Positions 1 through 15,822 of a stretch of DNA of 64,000 bases are shown in pieces. The translations under genes and the position numbers were made by a program. Source of the DNA: Octopus vulgaris (lineage: Eukaryota); the NCBI GenBank assembly GCA_951406725.2, contig OX597815.1, forward strand, positions 134,602,001-134,666,000, given 5' to 3'. The notes beneath the pieces are model-generated. The model had not been told where the DNA came from. It was given only the letters and a program-made list of their open reading frames with translations, and searched no databases. Positions within the stretch are counted from its first letter, which is position 1. Every line of letters starts with the position of its first letter.

Positions 1-263
1 GAGGGAAAACAATTCACAAGGGAATGTTTTCTTCTTTTGGATAGACTACAAATACCTTGATTATATAATTTAGGTATGAGTTTACACTCAACAAACTTAA
101 CATGAGGTTATATAACAAAACTAAGAATAGCATAGAACTTTACATTAATATAGATTCGTCAAACTCAATGGTATTGTATCCTTAGCTGCATAGAATTCTT
201 CGTAATTAATGAATATATTCACCTAGTGAGGGTTGTCAGTGCATCATAAAGGAGATCATGCTT

Positions 264-375
<112 letters not shown>

Positions 376-771
376 TGTGTGTGTGTGCACGCGCGCACAG
401 TATATTAAAGAAGCTCGCTTCACAACTATCACACGTTCGGTCCCACTGTAGCATTTTGGGCAAATGTGCCAACTCACTCCCTGTGAGTGAATAAACAGAA
501 TCCACCTCACAGTGGCTTATTACTGAAATTCAAAAGGTACTCTTTCGTCACTCTCTGCAGCACGCTGATTCTACTTGTGGAATGGTCAGCCACTTATATG
601 TGAATTCAGAAGCAGGTTATTCAGTTGAATAACTAAATCCTTATCGTCAAACTATGACTGTGTGTGTATGTATCTTGTTTAGCCGTCACTCACAAGCGAG
701 TATAACCTTGTGCTACGCTTCCATTAATACTTTCATCTACTTTTGTAGTTACGTGCATAAACACTTTATAG

Positions 772-862
<91 letters not shown>

Positions 863-900
863 AGACCGAAGTGTACGTACGCCGCTATATGTATATAAAA

Positions 901-1216
901 AAGAATACAAAAATGGGACAAGGACGCAACAGGCGACAACAAGACATCCAGATAGTTAGATGATAGAAAAAGGAAAGAAAAAACGGGCCATTCGGAGTTT
1001 ACTTTCGTCAGTCGAGCGAGTTCCAGATTGTCATTGCAGTTTCAGCTGGTTACTCAAGTATAACCAGCCGAAACTGCAAAGATAATCTGGAACTCGACTG
1101 ACGAAAGAAAACTCCGAATGACCCGTCCTAGTTTTTTCTTGTCCCTTTTTGTATCATCTAACTGTCTGGATGCCTTGTTGTCACCTGTTGCGTTCTTGTC
1201 TCATTTTTGTATTCTT
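901..1216. repeat. Long fold-back inverted repeat (~150-bp arms) between TA microsatellites; probable inverted Penelope-type terminal repeat or MITE
   Basis: AAGAATACAAAAATGGGACAAGGACGCAACAGG... at 901 is the near-perfect reverse complement of ...CCTGTTGCGTTCTTGTCTCATTTTTGTATTCTT ending at 1216. The axis is at ~1053-1060. Confidence 0.85.
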
Positions 1217-1235
1217 ATATATATATATATACATT

Positions 1236-3880
1236 AGAACAACACATAGGTATGCTTCTTATGGGAGACTTCAATCTGCCGAATGTCAGATGGCCCGAGG
1301 GCCTTTCTCTCCCAGGAATGACAAGATGTGAACGAGGACAGGCGAGGTCCCTCCTGAACCTCATCAACACCCTGTACATGGAGCAGGTAATACTCCAACC
1401 AACCAGGGCAGGTAACACACTGGATCTCTGCTTCACAAATGACATGGATCTCATCCATAATGTGAAAGTGACACCGACACTACTCTCGGATCACAACATG
1501 ATAGAGCTGACCATGTACGGGCCAAAAGAGAGCACGGACATGCAGCCTACAAGAAACCCTCAAAATCTTTCCAGCTTGAACTACCATAAGGCAAACTGGA
1601 AACAAATTGAGAAAGAGATCCTCAAACAAAACTGGCCTGAATGTCTCTCCTCGCCAGAAACTTCAACAATTCATGTCTGTAATGCAAGCCATATGCTACA
1701 AATGTGTCCCAGAGAGAAAGGCCACTGTACACAAGAACAAAATCCCCAGAGAGAGGAAAATTTTAATGAGACGGCGTACGAAATTTTCAAATCGCCTAAA
1801 CAAACAGATTGAAAGCAGTGAAAAGTCCCGCCTAAAAATAAAACTGTTGGAAATCGAAAAATGTCTGCAACTCTCCCATGAAAAAGAAAGAGCAGACAAA
1901 GAAGCCTGGGCTATAGAAAACATAAAATCTAACCCCAGAACTTTCTACAGGTATGCCAAAGAAACAGCTACAGTGCACTGTAGAATAGGGCCACTCCTTG
2001 AAAAGGATGGCACACTTACAGGAAAACCAATGAGGGTAAGTGAAATACTGAATGATCAATTCAAGAGTGTTTTCACTCCACCCCTTGGGCATCTCCAAAT
2101 CACCAATCCAACTGACTTTTTTACCACTGCAGATATAAAATCAGAGGCGGCGACGATAGATTACATCGATATAAAGGAAGACGATGTAACCAAGGCTATA
2201 GATGAAATGAAAACAGACTCAGCTACTGGCCCCGATGGATTCCCGGCAATCCTCCTAAAAGCATGTAAGAGAGTCCTAGCAAGACCACTGCAGTTCCTCT
2301 TTCAGAGCTTCCTTGCAGCTGGCAAACTTCCAGGAAAACTGAAGGAAGGTAAAATATGCCCCATTCATAAAGGAGGTAGCAGAGCGGAAGCCAAGAACTA
2401 TAGACCTATCTCTCTGACCTCACACATCAGCAAGGTCATGGAACGAATAGTCAGAAGGAAGCTGATCACCTTCCTTGAAGAGAATGACTTGCTGCCCGAC
2501 ACCCAACATGGTTTCCGACCAGGGAGAAGCTGTTTAACTCAGCTCCTACAACACTATGACTGGGTGCTGAAACGGCTGCTCAACCACTCAAATGTGGAAG
2601 TGATATATCTCGACTTTGCAAAGGCCTTTGATAAAGTCGATCATGGAATGATATGTCACAAACTGCGTGATCTCAACATAGTTGGAAAACTGGGAGAATG
2701 GCTTCATGACTTTCTGAAGGATAGAAGTCAGGTGGTAGTAGCCAATGGGGCCACCTCCATTAACACACAAATAGTGAGCGGTGTTCCGCAGGGCACTGTT
2801 CTGGGACCACTACTGTTCATAATGGCCCTCTCAGACATGCCCTCAGCCACGCAGAGAGCCACGATCACAAGTTATGCAGATGATACAAAAGTTTCACAGG
2901 CAATACAGAACCCTGAGGACACTAAACACCTGCAATGTGAGCTGGACGAAATATACAAGTGGGCTGAAAAGAATAGCATGCAGTTCAATGCTGGAAAGTT
3001 TCAAGCTTTATACTATCAGCATGCAAAACTGAATGCAATACCCAATGAATACACTGGACCCGGAGGGATTGCAATCCCAGAGGCACAATCAGTGCGTGAC
3101 CTGGGTATTCACATGAGTGATGACGCGACCTTTCATGTACATGTTGCTAAACTGACAATGAAATGTAGACGGCTGGCTGGATGGATTCTTAGAACCTTTA
3201 GAACAAGAGAACAAGAAACCATGATGGTCCTCTGGAAGACACTTGTCCTAAGCCACTTTGACTATTGCTCTCAGCTATGGTCACCATCCAGTGTCAAGTT
3301 GATCACAGAACTTGAGGCGATCCAACGAAGCTACACAAAGAAGATAGCCTCTATGCAGAATGTAAGCTACTGGGAAAGACTCAAGAGATTAAAATTATAT
3401 TCCCTGGAGCGTAGGCGGGAAAGATATGCCATAATATACATCTGGAAGATCCTGGAGGGAAGTGTCCTGAACTTTGGCATCGAAAGTTACGCAAATGCAA
3501 GAACTGGGCGCCACTGCGTGGTGCCTAGGACTCCAAACCTGCCATCAAGATGTAGGACAAGATACTGTGATAGCCTGGGCTTCCGAGGCCCACAGCTCTT
3601 CAATATCCTCCCGAAGAACCTGAGAGACCTGCATGGGGTGGATACAGATGTCTTTAAAATGAAGCTGGATCTCTTCCTGTCAGGTGTCCCAGATGAACCA
3701 ACTTCACGGCAGGAGGGGCAGATGAGGGCAGCTGCATCGAACTCTCTCATGCACCAAATAGCAGCTGCTAGAAAGCCTCCATGAAGTGAAACCAAGTAGC
3801 AACACAAAATGGCGGTGCCCCAGCATGGCCACAGCTCATAAGCTGAAACTAGAATCAATCAATCAATCAATCAATCAATC
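1236..3880 (+). mobile_element. 5'-truncated CR1/L2-group LINE (APE C-terminus + RT) with one frameshift near 1655 and an (AATC)n tail
   Basis: APE motifs MGDFNLP, PTRAGNTLDLCF and SDHNMI in ORF 1207-1812. RT motifs QHGFRPGRSC, YLDFAKAFDKVDH, SGVPQGTVLGPLLF and YADD in ORF 1607-3784. A 3' stem-loop is followed by (AATC)n at 3853-3880. Confidence 0.93.
1607..3784 (+). CDS. LINE ORF2 reverse transcriptase portion (725 codons, uninterrupted)
   Basis: Complete non-LTR RT motif set (NYRPISLTS, QHGFR, DFAKAFD, GVPQG, YADD, RDLG) and a CR1-like C-terminus (YWERLKRLKLYSLERRRER). Confidence 0.88.
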   Translation: MRKRSSNKTGLNVSPRQKLQQFMSVMQAICYKCVPERKATVHKNKIPRERKILMRRRTKFSNRLNKQIESSEKSRLKIKLLEIEKCLQLSHEKERADKEAWAIENIKSNPRTFYRYAKETATVHCRIGPLLEKDGTLTGKPMRVSEILNDQFKSVFTPPLGHLQITNPTDFFTTADIKSEAATIDYIDIKEDDVTKAIDEMKTDSATGPDGFPAILLKACKRVLARPLQFLFQSFLAAGKLPGKLKEGKICPIHKGGSRAEAKNYRPISLTSHISKVMERIVRRKLITFLEENDLLPDTQHGFRPGRSCLTQLLQHYDWVLKRLLNHSNVEVIYLDFAKAFDKVDHGMICHKLRDLNIVGKLGEWLHDFLKDRSQVVVANGATSINTQIVSGVPQGTVLGPLLFIMALSDMPSATQRATITSYADDTKVSQAIQNPEDTKHLQCELDEIYKWAEKNSMQFNAGKFQALYYQHAKLNAIPNEYTGPGGIAIPEAQSVRDLGIHMSDDATFHVHVAKLTMKCRRLAGWILRTFRTREQETMMVLWKTLVLSHFDYCSQLWSPSSVKLITELEAIQRSYTKKIASMQNVSYWERLKRLKLYSLERRRERYAIIYIWKILEGSVLNFGIESYANARTGRHCVVPRTPNLPSRCRTRYCDSLGFRGPQLFNILPKNLRDLHGVDTDVFKMKLDLFLSGVPDEPTSRQEGQMRAAASNSLMHQIAAARKPP

Positions 3881-4047
3881 ATATATAGGTTAGCTGAGTT
3901 AGAGTTTAAAATAACAGTCTAAGAGATAGAAGTATCCATTACACTACCGGTATATTACCTATGTTTAACCATGGGCATACATATGTCAATATATGTCCAT
4001 AAATTATAGGTAAAGACAAGGATAAACATGAGTTTATCAAGAAACAA

Positions 4048-4373
4048 AATTTAAAGAAAACAGAAAATGGAGAAATACTGATGAACAACAATTGACTTAC
4101 GTCAGTTATTATTTATGAATTCAATGCAAATAAACTGCATCCCATCGAACAGCTGTTTCTGCTTTCAATGTTGTATGGTATTGCCATTGATATTTATCAT
4201 ATTTGGTTATAAAACCGATCTGAAACATGGAACTTCATCAGAATGAATTTTTGCATATCAATGGCAATATCATACAACATTGGAAGTAGAAACAACAATT
4301 ATTAATAAATAATAATTGATCTAAGTCAGTTGTTGTTCATAAATATTTCTCTATTTTCTGTTTTCTTTAAATT
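4048..4373. repeat. Fold-back inverted repeat enclosing a degenerate minus-strand hammerhead motif
   Basis: AATTTAAAGAAAACAGAAAAT...TTATTATTTAT matches its reverse complement ending at 4373. The inner arm TGTTTCTGCTTTCAATGTTGTATGG pairs with ATACAACATTGGAAGTAGAAACA. Confidence 0.8.
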
Positions 4374-4881
4374 ACATATATTGTGACCCCCTTCGGTCAT
4401 GAATGACCATGGGATTACACCTAGAGGGTTACCTTCCGAGCACAAGTCTGGGCAAGGTTGTTTATGGAAGACCGGCAGTCGCCCACGCATACCAGCCTCC
4501 CTTCTTCACGCAAAAGCATCAACACAAACACACTAACCCACCCCCAACAATGTTGACAGCTATAAACACCAACAATCCAGACCTAATGGAATACATTAGG
4601 TCAAACATCAATATAACAGAAAATGATACCAAAACAAAGATTCACGACAACACATTAAAATCATACACATAACATAGAACACACACAGCACACTGAGATC
4701 TCTCTACCCGGATGTAGTAGGGAGGTTTCAAAAATACCTCTCTAAAAAAACTATACAAAAACCTTCTGGGAGAATACTGTGAGGTGAAAAACAAACAACT
4801 TTCGGACAGTAAGTAACTCTCTCTCTCTCTCTTTCTCTTTCGTCTCCCTTTCGTGTGTAAAACAAAACTTTCGATAGGAAC

Positions 4882-7875
<2,994 letters not shown>

Positions 7876-8498
7876 CGCTATCATACACACAAATACGTAA
7901 ATATATATAGATATGTATATACACGAGAGAGAGTGAGAGAGAGAGTAAGGGAAGAGGGAGAGGGAAGAGGGAAAGGGAGGGTGAGAAAGAGAGTAAGAGA
8001 GAAATACTAATGCAGTAACATGAGATGAATTGATTACTGGACAAGATGTGACAAGAAATGAAGCAGAATACGGATATATATATATATATATACAAATATG
8101 GTATATATGAAAGGCTGGTGGTGCTAGAAATATATTACATATTACAGCACTATTGGCAATACTTACTTCAGATAAACCTATTAAAATATATATCTGAGTT
8201 GGTTGTTATTCCAGTTTTTTTTTATTTCCTTCTTTCATTACTGATTGCAATAGAGATTTTTCTTTTACATTCAGAATATTCTATACCTTCGCCTCACATC
8301 ACCACTACAAAAAAAATAAAGGAAAATGACATAAAATATAAAATATACTGCAATTCGATAATAATAAACAAGTTTAAAGTGTTATGTTTCACATTGAGAC
8401 GTTTAAATCTATGTGCATGTGTCTTATAGTCACATTCCCATCTAACAGTCTCTACCCGTCTCCCCCTCCTCTCTTTCTCTTTCTGCCAACACGCCACC

Positions 8499-8565
<67 letters not shown>

Positions 8566-8582
8566 TAATCCTTTCAACTAAT

Positions 8583-8768
8583 GGCACAAGGCCTGAAATT
8601 TTGGGGAGGGGGGTTGTCGATTACATCGACCCCAGTGTTTAACTGGTACTTATTTCATCGACCTCCGAAAGGATGAAAGGTTAAGTCGACCTCGGCGGAA
8701 TTTGAACTCAGAACGTAAAGACGGACGAATTGCCGCTAAGTATTTTGCCTGGCGTGTTAGCGATTCTT
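8583..8768 (-). mobile_element. SINE family B copy
   Basis: Reverse complement of the GAGTTCAAATTCCGCCGAGGTCGACTTTGCCTTTCATCCTTTCGGGGTCGAT consensus seen many times in this window. Confidence 0.8.
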
Positions 8769-8777
8769 AACAACAGC

Positions 8778-8814
<37 letters not shown>

Positions 8815-8815
<1 letters not shown>

Positions 8816-9545
8816 AGAACTTGAGAAAAAATATATATGGAGAGAATGTATCAGAAAAATGTAGAGCCTGTGGAACATGGAATGAGATAGTGGCACACAT
8901 TGTGGAAAAATGCCCCAAGTTGGCACAGTAAGAATATAAGAAATGGAGGCACAACTAGATTGTAAAAGTTATACAGTGGAAACTGTGCCAGAAATGGGGA
9001 TTTGAAGCTGGAAACAGATGGTACAATCAAGTGGAAAGTGTGTTGGAGTCGGAGAAATTCAACATTTTGTGGGACTTGCCTATTCAAACGAACAAGAAAT
9101 TAGAAAATAACAGACCAGATATAACGATTGTAGATAAAAGAAAAGCGAAGTTGCCTACTTATCGACCCATCATACCGATTTGATTCCAGGATCGTAAAGA
9201 AAGAGGAAGAAAAAAAATACAATCCCTTAAAATTTGAAATAGGAAAAAATTGGAGCACGCCAAGAGTAAATATCGTGCCTATAATAATTGGGACGTTGGG
9301 AACAGTAAGCGAAAACATAGACAAATAGCCGAGGGAGATTGAAATAGAATGCCCGGTAGAGCTCCTACAGAAAGTTTGTCTCTTACTGATAGCAAGGATT
9401 ATCAGGAGAATTCTAAGCACTTGAAAGACTGCTGAATACTTGTGGATACCTAAGGTTACAGGTAGTAACCCGCTACCCACGTAAATTCTATCAAGAATAA
9501 GGCCGAACCTGAGCCAAGACCAAACCTGAGCCAAACCAAAATAAC
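8815..9545 (+). mobile_element. 5'-truncated R4/Dong-type non-LTR retrotransposon (CCHC knuckle + restriction-like endonuclease), degenerate
   Basis: Translation gives CRACGTWNEIVAHIVEKC, KWRHN, ILWDLPIQTNKKLENNRPDI, VPIIIGTLG and LLQKVCLL with stops. Flanked by (AAC)n and (AAT)n. Confidence 0.85.
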
Positions 9546-9702
9546 AATAATAATGATCATCCTCATCATCATTATCATTATTGTTTTTTTCCCTTCCTTC
9601 TTCAAATTTTCTTCCATTTCTCGCAGAGTGTTTTCCATACACCTAGGCCAGAGCAGCTCATTGTATGGATTCCCAGATTACACGCGCAAATTCACAGGTA
9701 AA

Positions 9703-9739
<37 letters not shown>

Positions 9740-9761
9740 GTAGTAGTAGTAGTAGTAGTAT

Positions 9762-10346
9762 ATGTCCTGATGCAGTACCAGGCAGTGGTTCTCATGGCTT
9801 CTGATCTTAACTGATTGGAAGTGTTATCATGTACATTGTTTTGTCTTGGTATAAAAGATGGGCTACAGCAAATATTCTGCTCAATACCACATATTTGCTT
9901 TGTCAGTTGTTTGACCGTAACCAGTTGAGCATGTCCCTTAGTGGCTGACAATATGTGTATCTTTAATCACGCGCAGAAGTCGTGAGGGGGCATCATAGCC
10001 ATGTGTTGAGAGGAATTTTTGGGGGTTTGGATAATTCACCTTTGGAAACATGGGTGTTTTGCTCAACGTCTTTAAAGAACCATTATTCAGAGACATTTTG
10101 AGCGAGATGTGCTACTCAACCTGGAGAAAATTCTCACTGGACCTCACCTGCAAGGTCATGCGCTGTTTATTTTGATATTAGATCACTATGTCATGCACAT
10201 ATGGTTGTGATGCATGTACCTGGTATAACCTTGTGAGACGGATAGTCATGATGGGTATACTAGGCTTCATATATTTTACCCCAGTGTCACTTTGATGGCA
10301 TGCACTGCTCTCTCACTCACTCACTCACTCACTCACTCAATCACTC

Positions 10347-10347
<1 letters not shown>
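9762..10347. repeat. Probable non-coding interspersed element embedded between TTA/TAG and TAA trinucleotide runs
   Basis: Non-microsatellite block sharply bounded by (TTA)n(TAG)n and (CTCA)n(AAT)n. It has no ORF, and its class is undetermined. Confidence 0.4.
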
Positions 10348-10408
<61 letters not shown>

Positions 10409-10602
10409 ACTCTTTGTATGACCACCCTCCCTGTACATAACTCCCTGTCCCCTACATGGCCTTGCTTTTGCTTTTTGAGCCAATAAAAATTGAATTGAAT
10501 TGAATTGAATTAATAATAATAACAAAAACATCACCACCACCACCACCACCATCGTTATCATCATCATCATCATTATTATTATTATTATTATTATTATTAA
10601 AA

Positions 10603-10729
10603 CGGCGTGCTGGCAGAATCGTTAGCATGCCGTCGGGCGAAATACTTAGCGGGATTTCGTCGGCTGCTACGTTCTAAGTTCAAATTCTTCCGAAGTCGAC
10701 TTTGTCTTTCATCCTTTTGTGGTCGATAA

Positions 10730-10792
<63 letters not shown>

Positions 10793-10808
10793 ATTATTAT
10801 TATTATTA

Positions 10809-10872
<64 letters not shown>

Positions 10873-11300
10873 TATTAAGGTGGCGAGCTGGCAGAATCGT
10901 TAGCACGCCGCCGAGCGAAATGCTTAGCGGGATTTCGTCTGCTGCTACGTTCTGAGTTCAAATTCTACCGAAGTCGACTTTGTCTTTCATCCTTAACCGA
11001 CTAGTCCGTTACCCTAAAATTTCACGCCTTGTGCCTTTAGTAGAAAGGACTGTTATCATCATTATTATTATTTAGGCAATTCAACAATTATTTAAAGACG
11101 ACGAGCTGGCAGAATTGTTAAAGCGTCAGAAAAATACCTTGCGGTATTTGTTCTACGTCTTTACACTTTAAGTTTAAATCCTGCCAAGATCAACTTTGCC
11201 TTTCTTTCCTCTAGAGTCAATAAAATAAAGTACCAGTCACGTATTGGGGTCGATGGTATCGACTAATCCCCTCCCCTACAATTGCTAGCCTTGTGCCAAA
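10603..11300 (+). mobile_element. Three SINE family B copies or fragments separated by (TTA)n
   Basis: GGCGAGCTGGCAGAATCGTTAGC heads at ~10603, 10882 and 11100, each with a box B-like GTTCAAAT or close variant. Confidence 0.8.
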
Positions 11301-11362
<62 letters not shown>

Positions 11363-11382
11363 TATTATTATTATTATTATTG

Positions 11383-11500
11383 TTCAGCAAATACATGCTA
11401 ATTTAATTAGCAGGAATTTTATCGTGAGGTTTGGTGACAAGTCTCCTCAAATCTTAAAAATCTTCCCTAGGATACTTGCAGAAAATAGAATGGTACTTAG
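11383..11500 (-). mobile_element. 3' end fragment of an R4/Dong-like element next to (TAA)n
   Basis: The minus strand encodes ILFSASILGKIFKI* followed by GAGACTTGTCACC, resembling the 3' end at 44560-44590, and abuts a (TAA)n run. Confidence 0.45.
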
Positions 11501-11983
11501 ACTATGTGAACATGTCTCCAAACACTCATCAGATATGAAAAGTATATCGCATGATTATTAAATATTGACATAGTATGCAATGGTCAGCAGTGGGAGACTA
11601 ATGTACACAACTCATTTATGTAAGATATATTAGCTATGACATTTTACAACAGAACCATAAGAAAAGTAGTCTTTGCGACTGTTTTCTCTTTATTAGTGTA
11701 ATGACAGGCAGGTGGAACACATATAAACTTAGATTTCGATAATACTGCTTTCTAATGCGTGAACTAGATTTAATATATCGAATTCATTTTTTAACAATCG
11801 GTCGCTTGAACTTACCTAAAAAGTATAGAAAAAATTCTGTTATTCTAGGGAACATCAATCGAAAAGTTCGAGTTACTAGGGCATCGGACAACCGGTTGAA
11901 AATATCTACCACAGCTTAGCTACAAACAGGCTCTACAGAGTTGTATAATTCACAAATGTATTTAGAGGCAGTATCTAGGACTT

Positions 11984-12102
11984 TGCCGGGTGTCCTAAAA
12001 ACTGTATCTTAGATTAGTAATCTGGTGTCTGAGGACTGTGTCCGAGTATCTTAAAACTGTTATCTGGTATCTTAGAACTGTAATCCAGTATCATGGAATT
12101 GT
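11984..12102. repeat. Degenerate 21-bp minisatellite
   Basis: Units AATCTGGTGTCTGAGGACTGT, GTCCGAGTATCTTAAAACTGT, TATCTGGTATCTTAGAACTGT and AATCCAGTATCATGGAATTGT at a 21-bp period. Confidence 0.7.
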
Positions 12103-15100
12103 AGTACATAGATTTCTATCATTGTAAGAAATTCACACATTTTACTGATTCGAGCTAAGTGCATGACTAGCACTCAATTCATCGACATGGTACCCTTTTT
12201 CCATCCGGACGCATAAAACTTGAAAGATAAATTCGTCCTCGAGTTAGACTTTAAATCAGACGCAGAGAGGCGAAAATCTAGAGAGTGAATATTTAATCTA
12301 GCACTTTTACTATTTTCTTTCTTTGTTACAATCAGAACTGTGATATGTGTGTGTTTGTGTATATAAACACACTATCATATACATACATACATACATACAT
12401 ACATACATACATGCATACATACATACATACATACATACATACATACATACATACATACATACATACATACATACATACATACATACATACATACATGTGT
12501 GTGTGCGCACGCTAACCTCAGGCAACTTTGTATTTGGAGTATAGTATCAGAATTTTATATTGGGTAAGGATATAGAGAAAGAAAGAAAGCCAAGTGAAAG
12601 AGAGACGAATTGAGTTGGTGGGTATATAAATGTGTATGATTACGACAAGAAATAAAAGCAAAAACAAAATATTTTTTCTTACGCTTGTTTTATTCGATTA
12701 GAGAAATAGTCACGGGAAATTCTTAAGTTTAGAAATATATTTAGTTCCTGAAGGTAATATTCTGATAAATTCTATTCGAAATAAAATAATGATAAAAAAA
12801 AAAGTAAAGAAAAGAAAAGAAAAAATAGCGTCAAGATCTATGAGGAAAAAGTAATGAAAAATTGAATTGAAAGAACGCTGAAAAAAATGATATCTACAAA
12901 TATTATTATATATATTATTACATTACATTTTTCGTGTATGTATTACATTATTTTGTCTTAATTTTAACTTGACTATTTTCCATAAACTTAGGACTATATG
13001 TTTGCAGAATTGCTAATACTCAATAGATTATACAATACCCAGTTATTTCAATAAGCGATACTGAAACTAAAACGAAACACTATAACTTTTTAAAGGTGGT
13101 CATTTAAGAATCAGACAAATACCTCGCGGTAATTTTTTCCGTCTCTGCGTATTTATATCCAAACACGGTCGAATTCAACTTTGCCTTTCATCTCTCTGGG
13201 GTCAGAAAATGAATTATCAGTCAAGTACTAGAACTAATTGTTTTTTTCTGTCTCCTCTAACTCTCACCGAATAGAGTATTGAGCTTGATTCCTTCTCTGT
13301 CCCCTTCTCTCACTCATGCAGGATGTATTGTATCAGGGTCTTGCAGGACCGCATACGTTGTTCCTTGTTTCTAAGAAACGGATAGAGGTTGAACGAGGGG
13401 TAAGCAACCTCTTCTTATTTACTATACTTCAAACATTGACAAAAAAGAAAAATAGAAAAAGAAGCAGACATGGAGACTGTGGACGGACTGGTTCACTATA
13501 CTGCACAAGTAATAACTTCCTTTTTAAAGCAGTGGAAAGACTATTACTGATAAGAAAGAGAAAATAGTTTAGTTATGTTGCTTCATGTTCTGAGGTCAAA
13601 TCTCACTGATTTCGACTTTGTCTTTGAACCTTCTTGCAGGATCGATAAAATAAGGTCAAATCAAGTACCGGAGTCGATTCAGTCGACTCATAGTCCCCTC
13701 ATATGTCGTGTTTTGACCTTATGTTAAAATCATTATAACTGGCTACAATGTCAGAAACGGCAGAACGCCTGATAAAATGCACTGCAGTGTTTACTGTATT
13801 TTCTTTCTACATTCTAAGTTAAAATCCTACCAAGATTAAAATTGTCATTCCGAGTTTAAATTTGGCTAGTGTTGACTCGTCTTCTATCTTTTCTTTCTCC
13901 GGGACCGATGAAATTGAACACCAGTCGAGAACTGGAATCGATCAAATCTACTAACTATACTTCTACCCAAAGGTGTGTAACCTTGTGCTTGAAGTGATCA
14001 TTGATCTTTTTGAGAAAGAAGTGAATTGGTCGTGTAGTAGATTACTAATCTCTATATTTAATCTATGTAATGAGGCTTGTTGCTAAATTGGTAGTCTAAT
14101 GATGTTCTTCGTCAATATGTATCAAATTGAAAATAAAAACTGAAGAAAGGTATGGTAATGGTGAGCCAGAACATGAAGGCAAGAAAATTGCTCCAGACAA
14201 GATTTAGACACTATTGATTTGGTCCAGTTTGTTACATTAATTGCTTGAGTTTCTATTCTGGTGTTTCAGAAATCATTGAAAACAAAGAGGTAATATTTAT
14301 GCCCTGGTGGTTTCGACGCTGGAGATGTCGAGGATTTATCTCCCCTCTTGCGATATATAAAAAAAATGCATTTGTTTCAAAATCCATTATAAGAGTTTCA
14401 CTCGTGGTATCTATCGTAGTATAGTTTGTTTCAAAAGAGCATCCACGTTTAAGTGGGGATTATTGAAAATTAGGAAACCCAGTGCTGCTATTTTTTTTTA
14501 AACCAATAATTATTTAATGACGGGAAGGATGGCTTCCCTTTACAAATACTGATAGGGCACAGAAAGTGTGTCTGTAGCCAGCTGGAGGAGGTGTCCTCCT
14601 GGGGCTACAAACTACAGTAGCATCCACCCTTAGGGGTTAGCCATATTTAAATGGCAAATATACGTCACGAATTATTTAATGAATAAAAAACAATTATGCT
14701 TCCTGAAATTTGGCTTTATAGTAAGTCAGTGAGTAATTAAAAATCATACACGGTCCAATTCCATTCAAAAAGTTGTACGCCGGGTGCATTACGAGTTATA
14801 CGAAATTTGAAACGTAATGGAAATACGTTCCCACATAAAGGTACTAAAGAACAAGAAATCTTTAGATGTAGGCAGCAGTAAAACAGAGTATTGTAAAAAG
14901 AAAATTGAATATTGACCACATAGAAGAGAAAATAGTTTTGATTTTTATTCGTTGAAGTTTTTTCATATTCATTTATGTATGTGAAAAAGGATTGAGCAGA
15001 TATCAAACACAGCTTTTGTTTGTTTATTGTGATTCAATCATTTAATGCATAGAACGAGAACTTCTATAGTAGCTGATATAACTTATAAGGCTTGGTATAT

Positions 15101-15149
15101 TTTGATACACTGTTAATTTGTACCAAAGTTCAACACAGATTCTTTTCTA

Positions 15150-15475
15150 CTCTAGGCACAAGGCCCGAAATTTTGGAGGAGGGGGCCAGTCGATTAGATC
15201 GATTCCAGTATACAACTCGTACTTAAATTATCAACTCCGAAAGGGTAAAAGTCGACCTCGGCGGAAATTCAATACAAATTATTATGTATATCTATCACTT
15301 GAGTCTGACGGTAATCTTTGTTTTGCAGGAAAGACGAGCCTGTGTTCCTCTCAATTTTCACAGTTGCGAGGGTACCCAATCTTTCTTCCTTTGTTTGTTT
15401 GTTTGTTTGCTTGTTTATTTGTTTGTTTGTTTCTTTGTTTCTTTCTCTCTTTCTCTCGCTCTCTCTCTTTCTCTC

Positions 15476-15553
<78 letters not shown>

Positions 15554-15822
15554 ACCAGAACTCTTTCTCTCTCTCTCTCTGGACCGGGATACCAATAATG
15601 TATTGCAGGTTTTGATCTGTGTAATATTGGTTTCAAATTTTGGCAAAAGGCCAGCAATTTCGGAGGAGAGGAAGTCGATTACATCGATCCCAGTGCTCAA
15701 CTAGTTATTTTTTATCGACCCCGAAAGGATAAAAAGCAATTTGAATTCGGAAACATAAAGATTGACGAAATGCCGCTAAGCATTTTGTCTGTCGCTCTTA
15801 ATGATTCTGTCAGCTCGCCACC
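15150..15822 (-). mobile_element. Two SINE family B copies separated by microsatellites
   Basis: GGCACAAGGCCCGAAATTTTGG...GTCGACCTCGGCGGAA at 15155-15268, and a second copy at 15630-15822. Confidence 0.7.
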
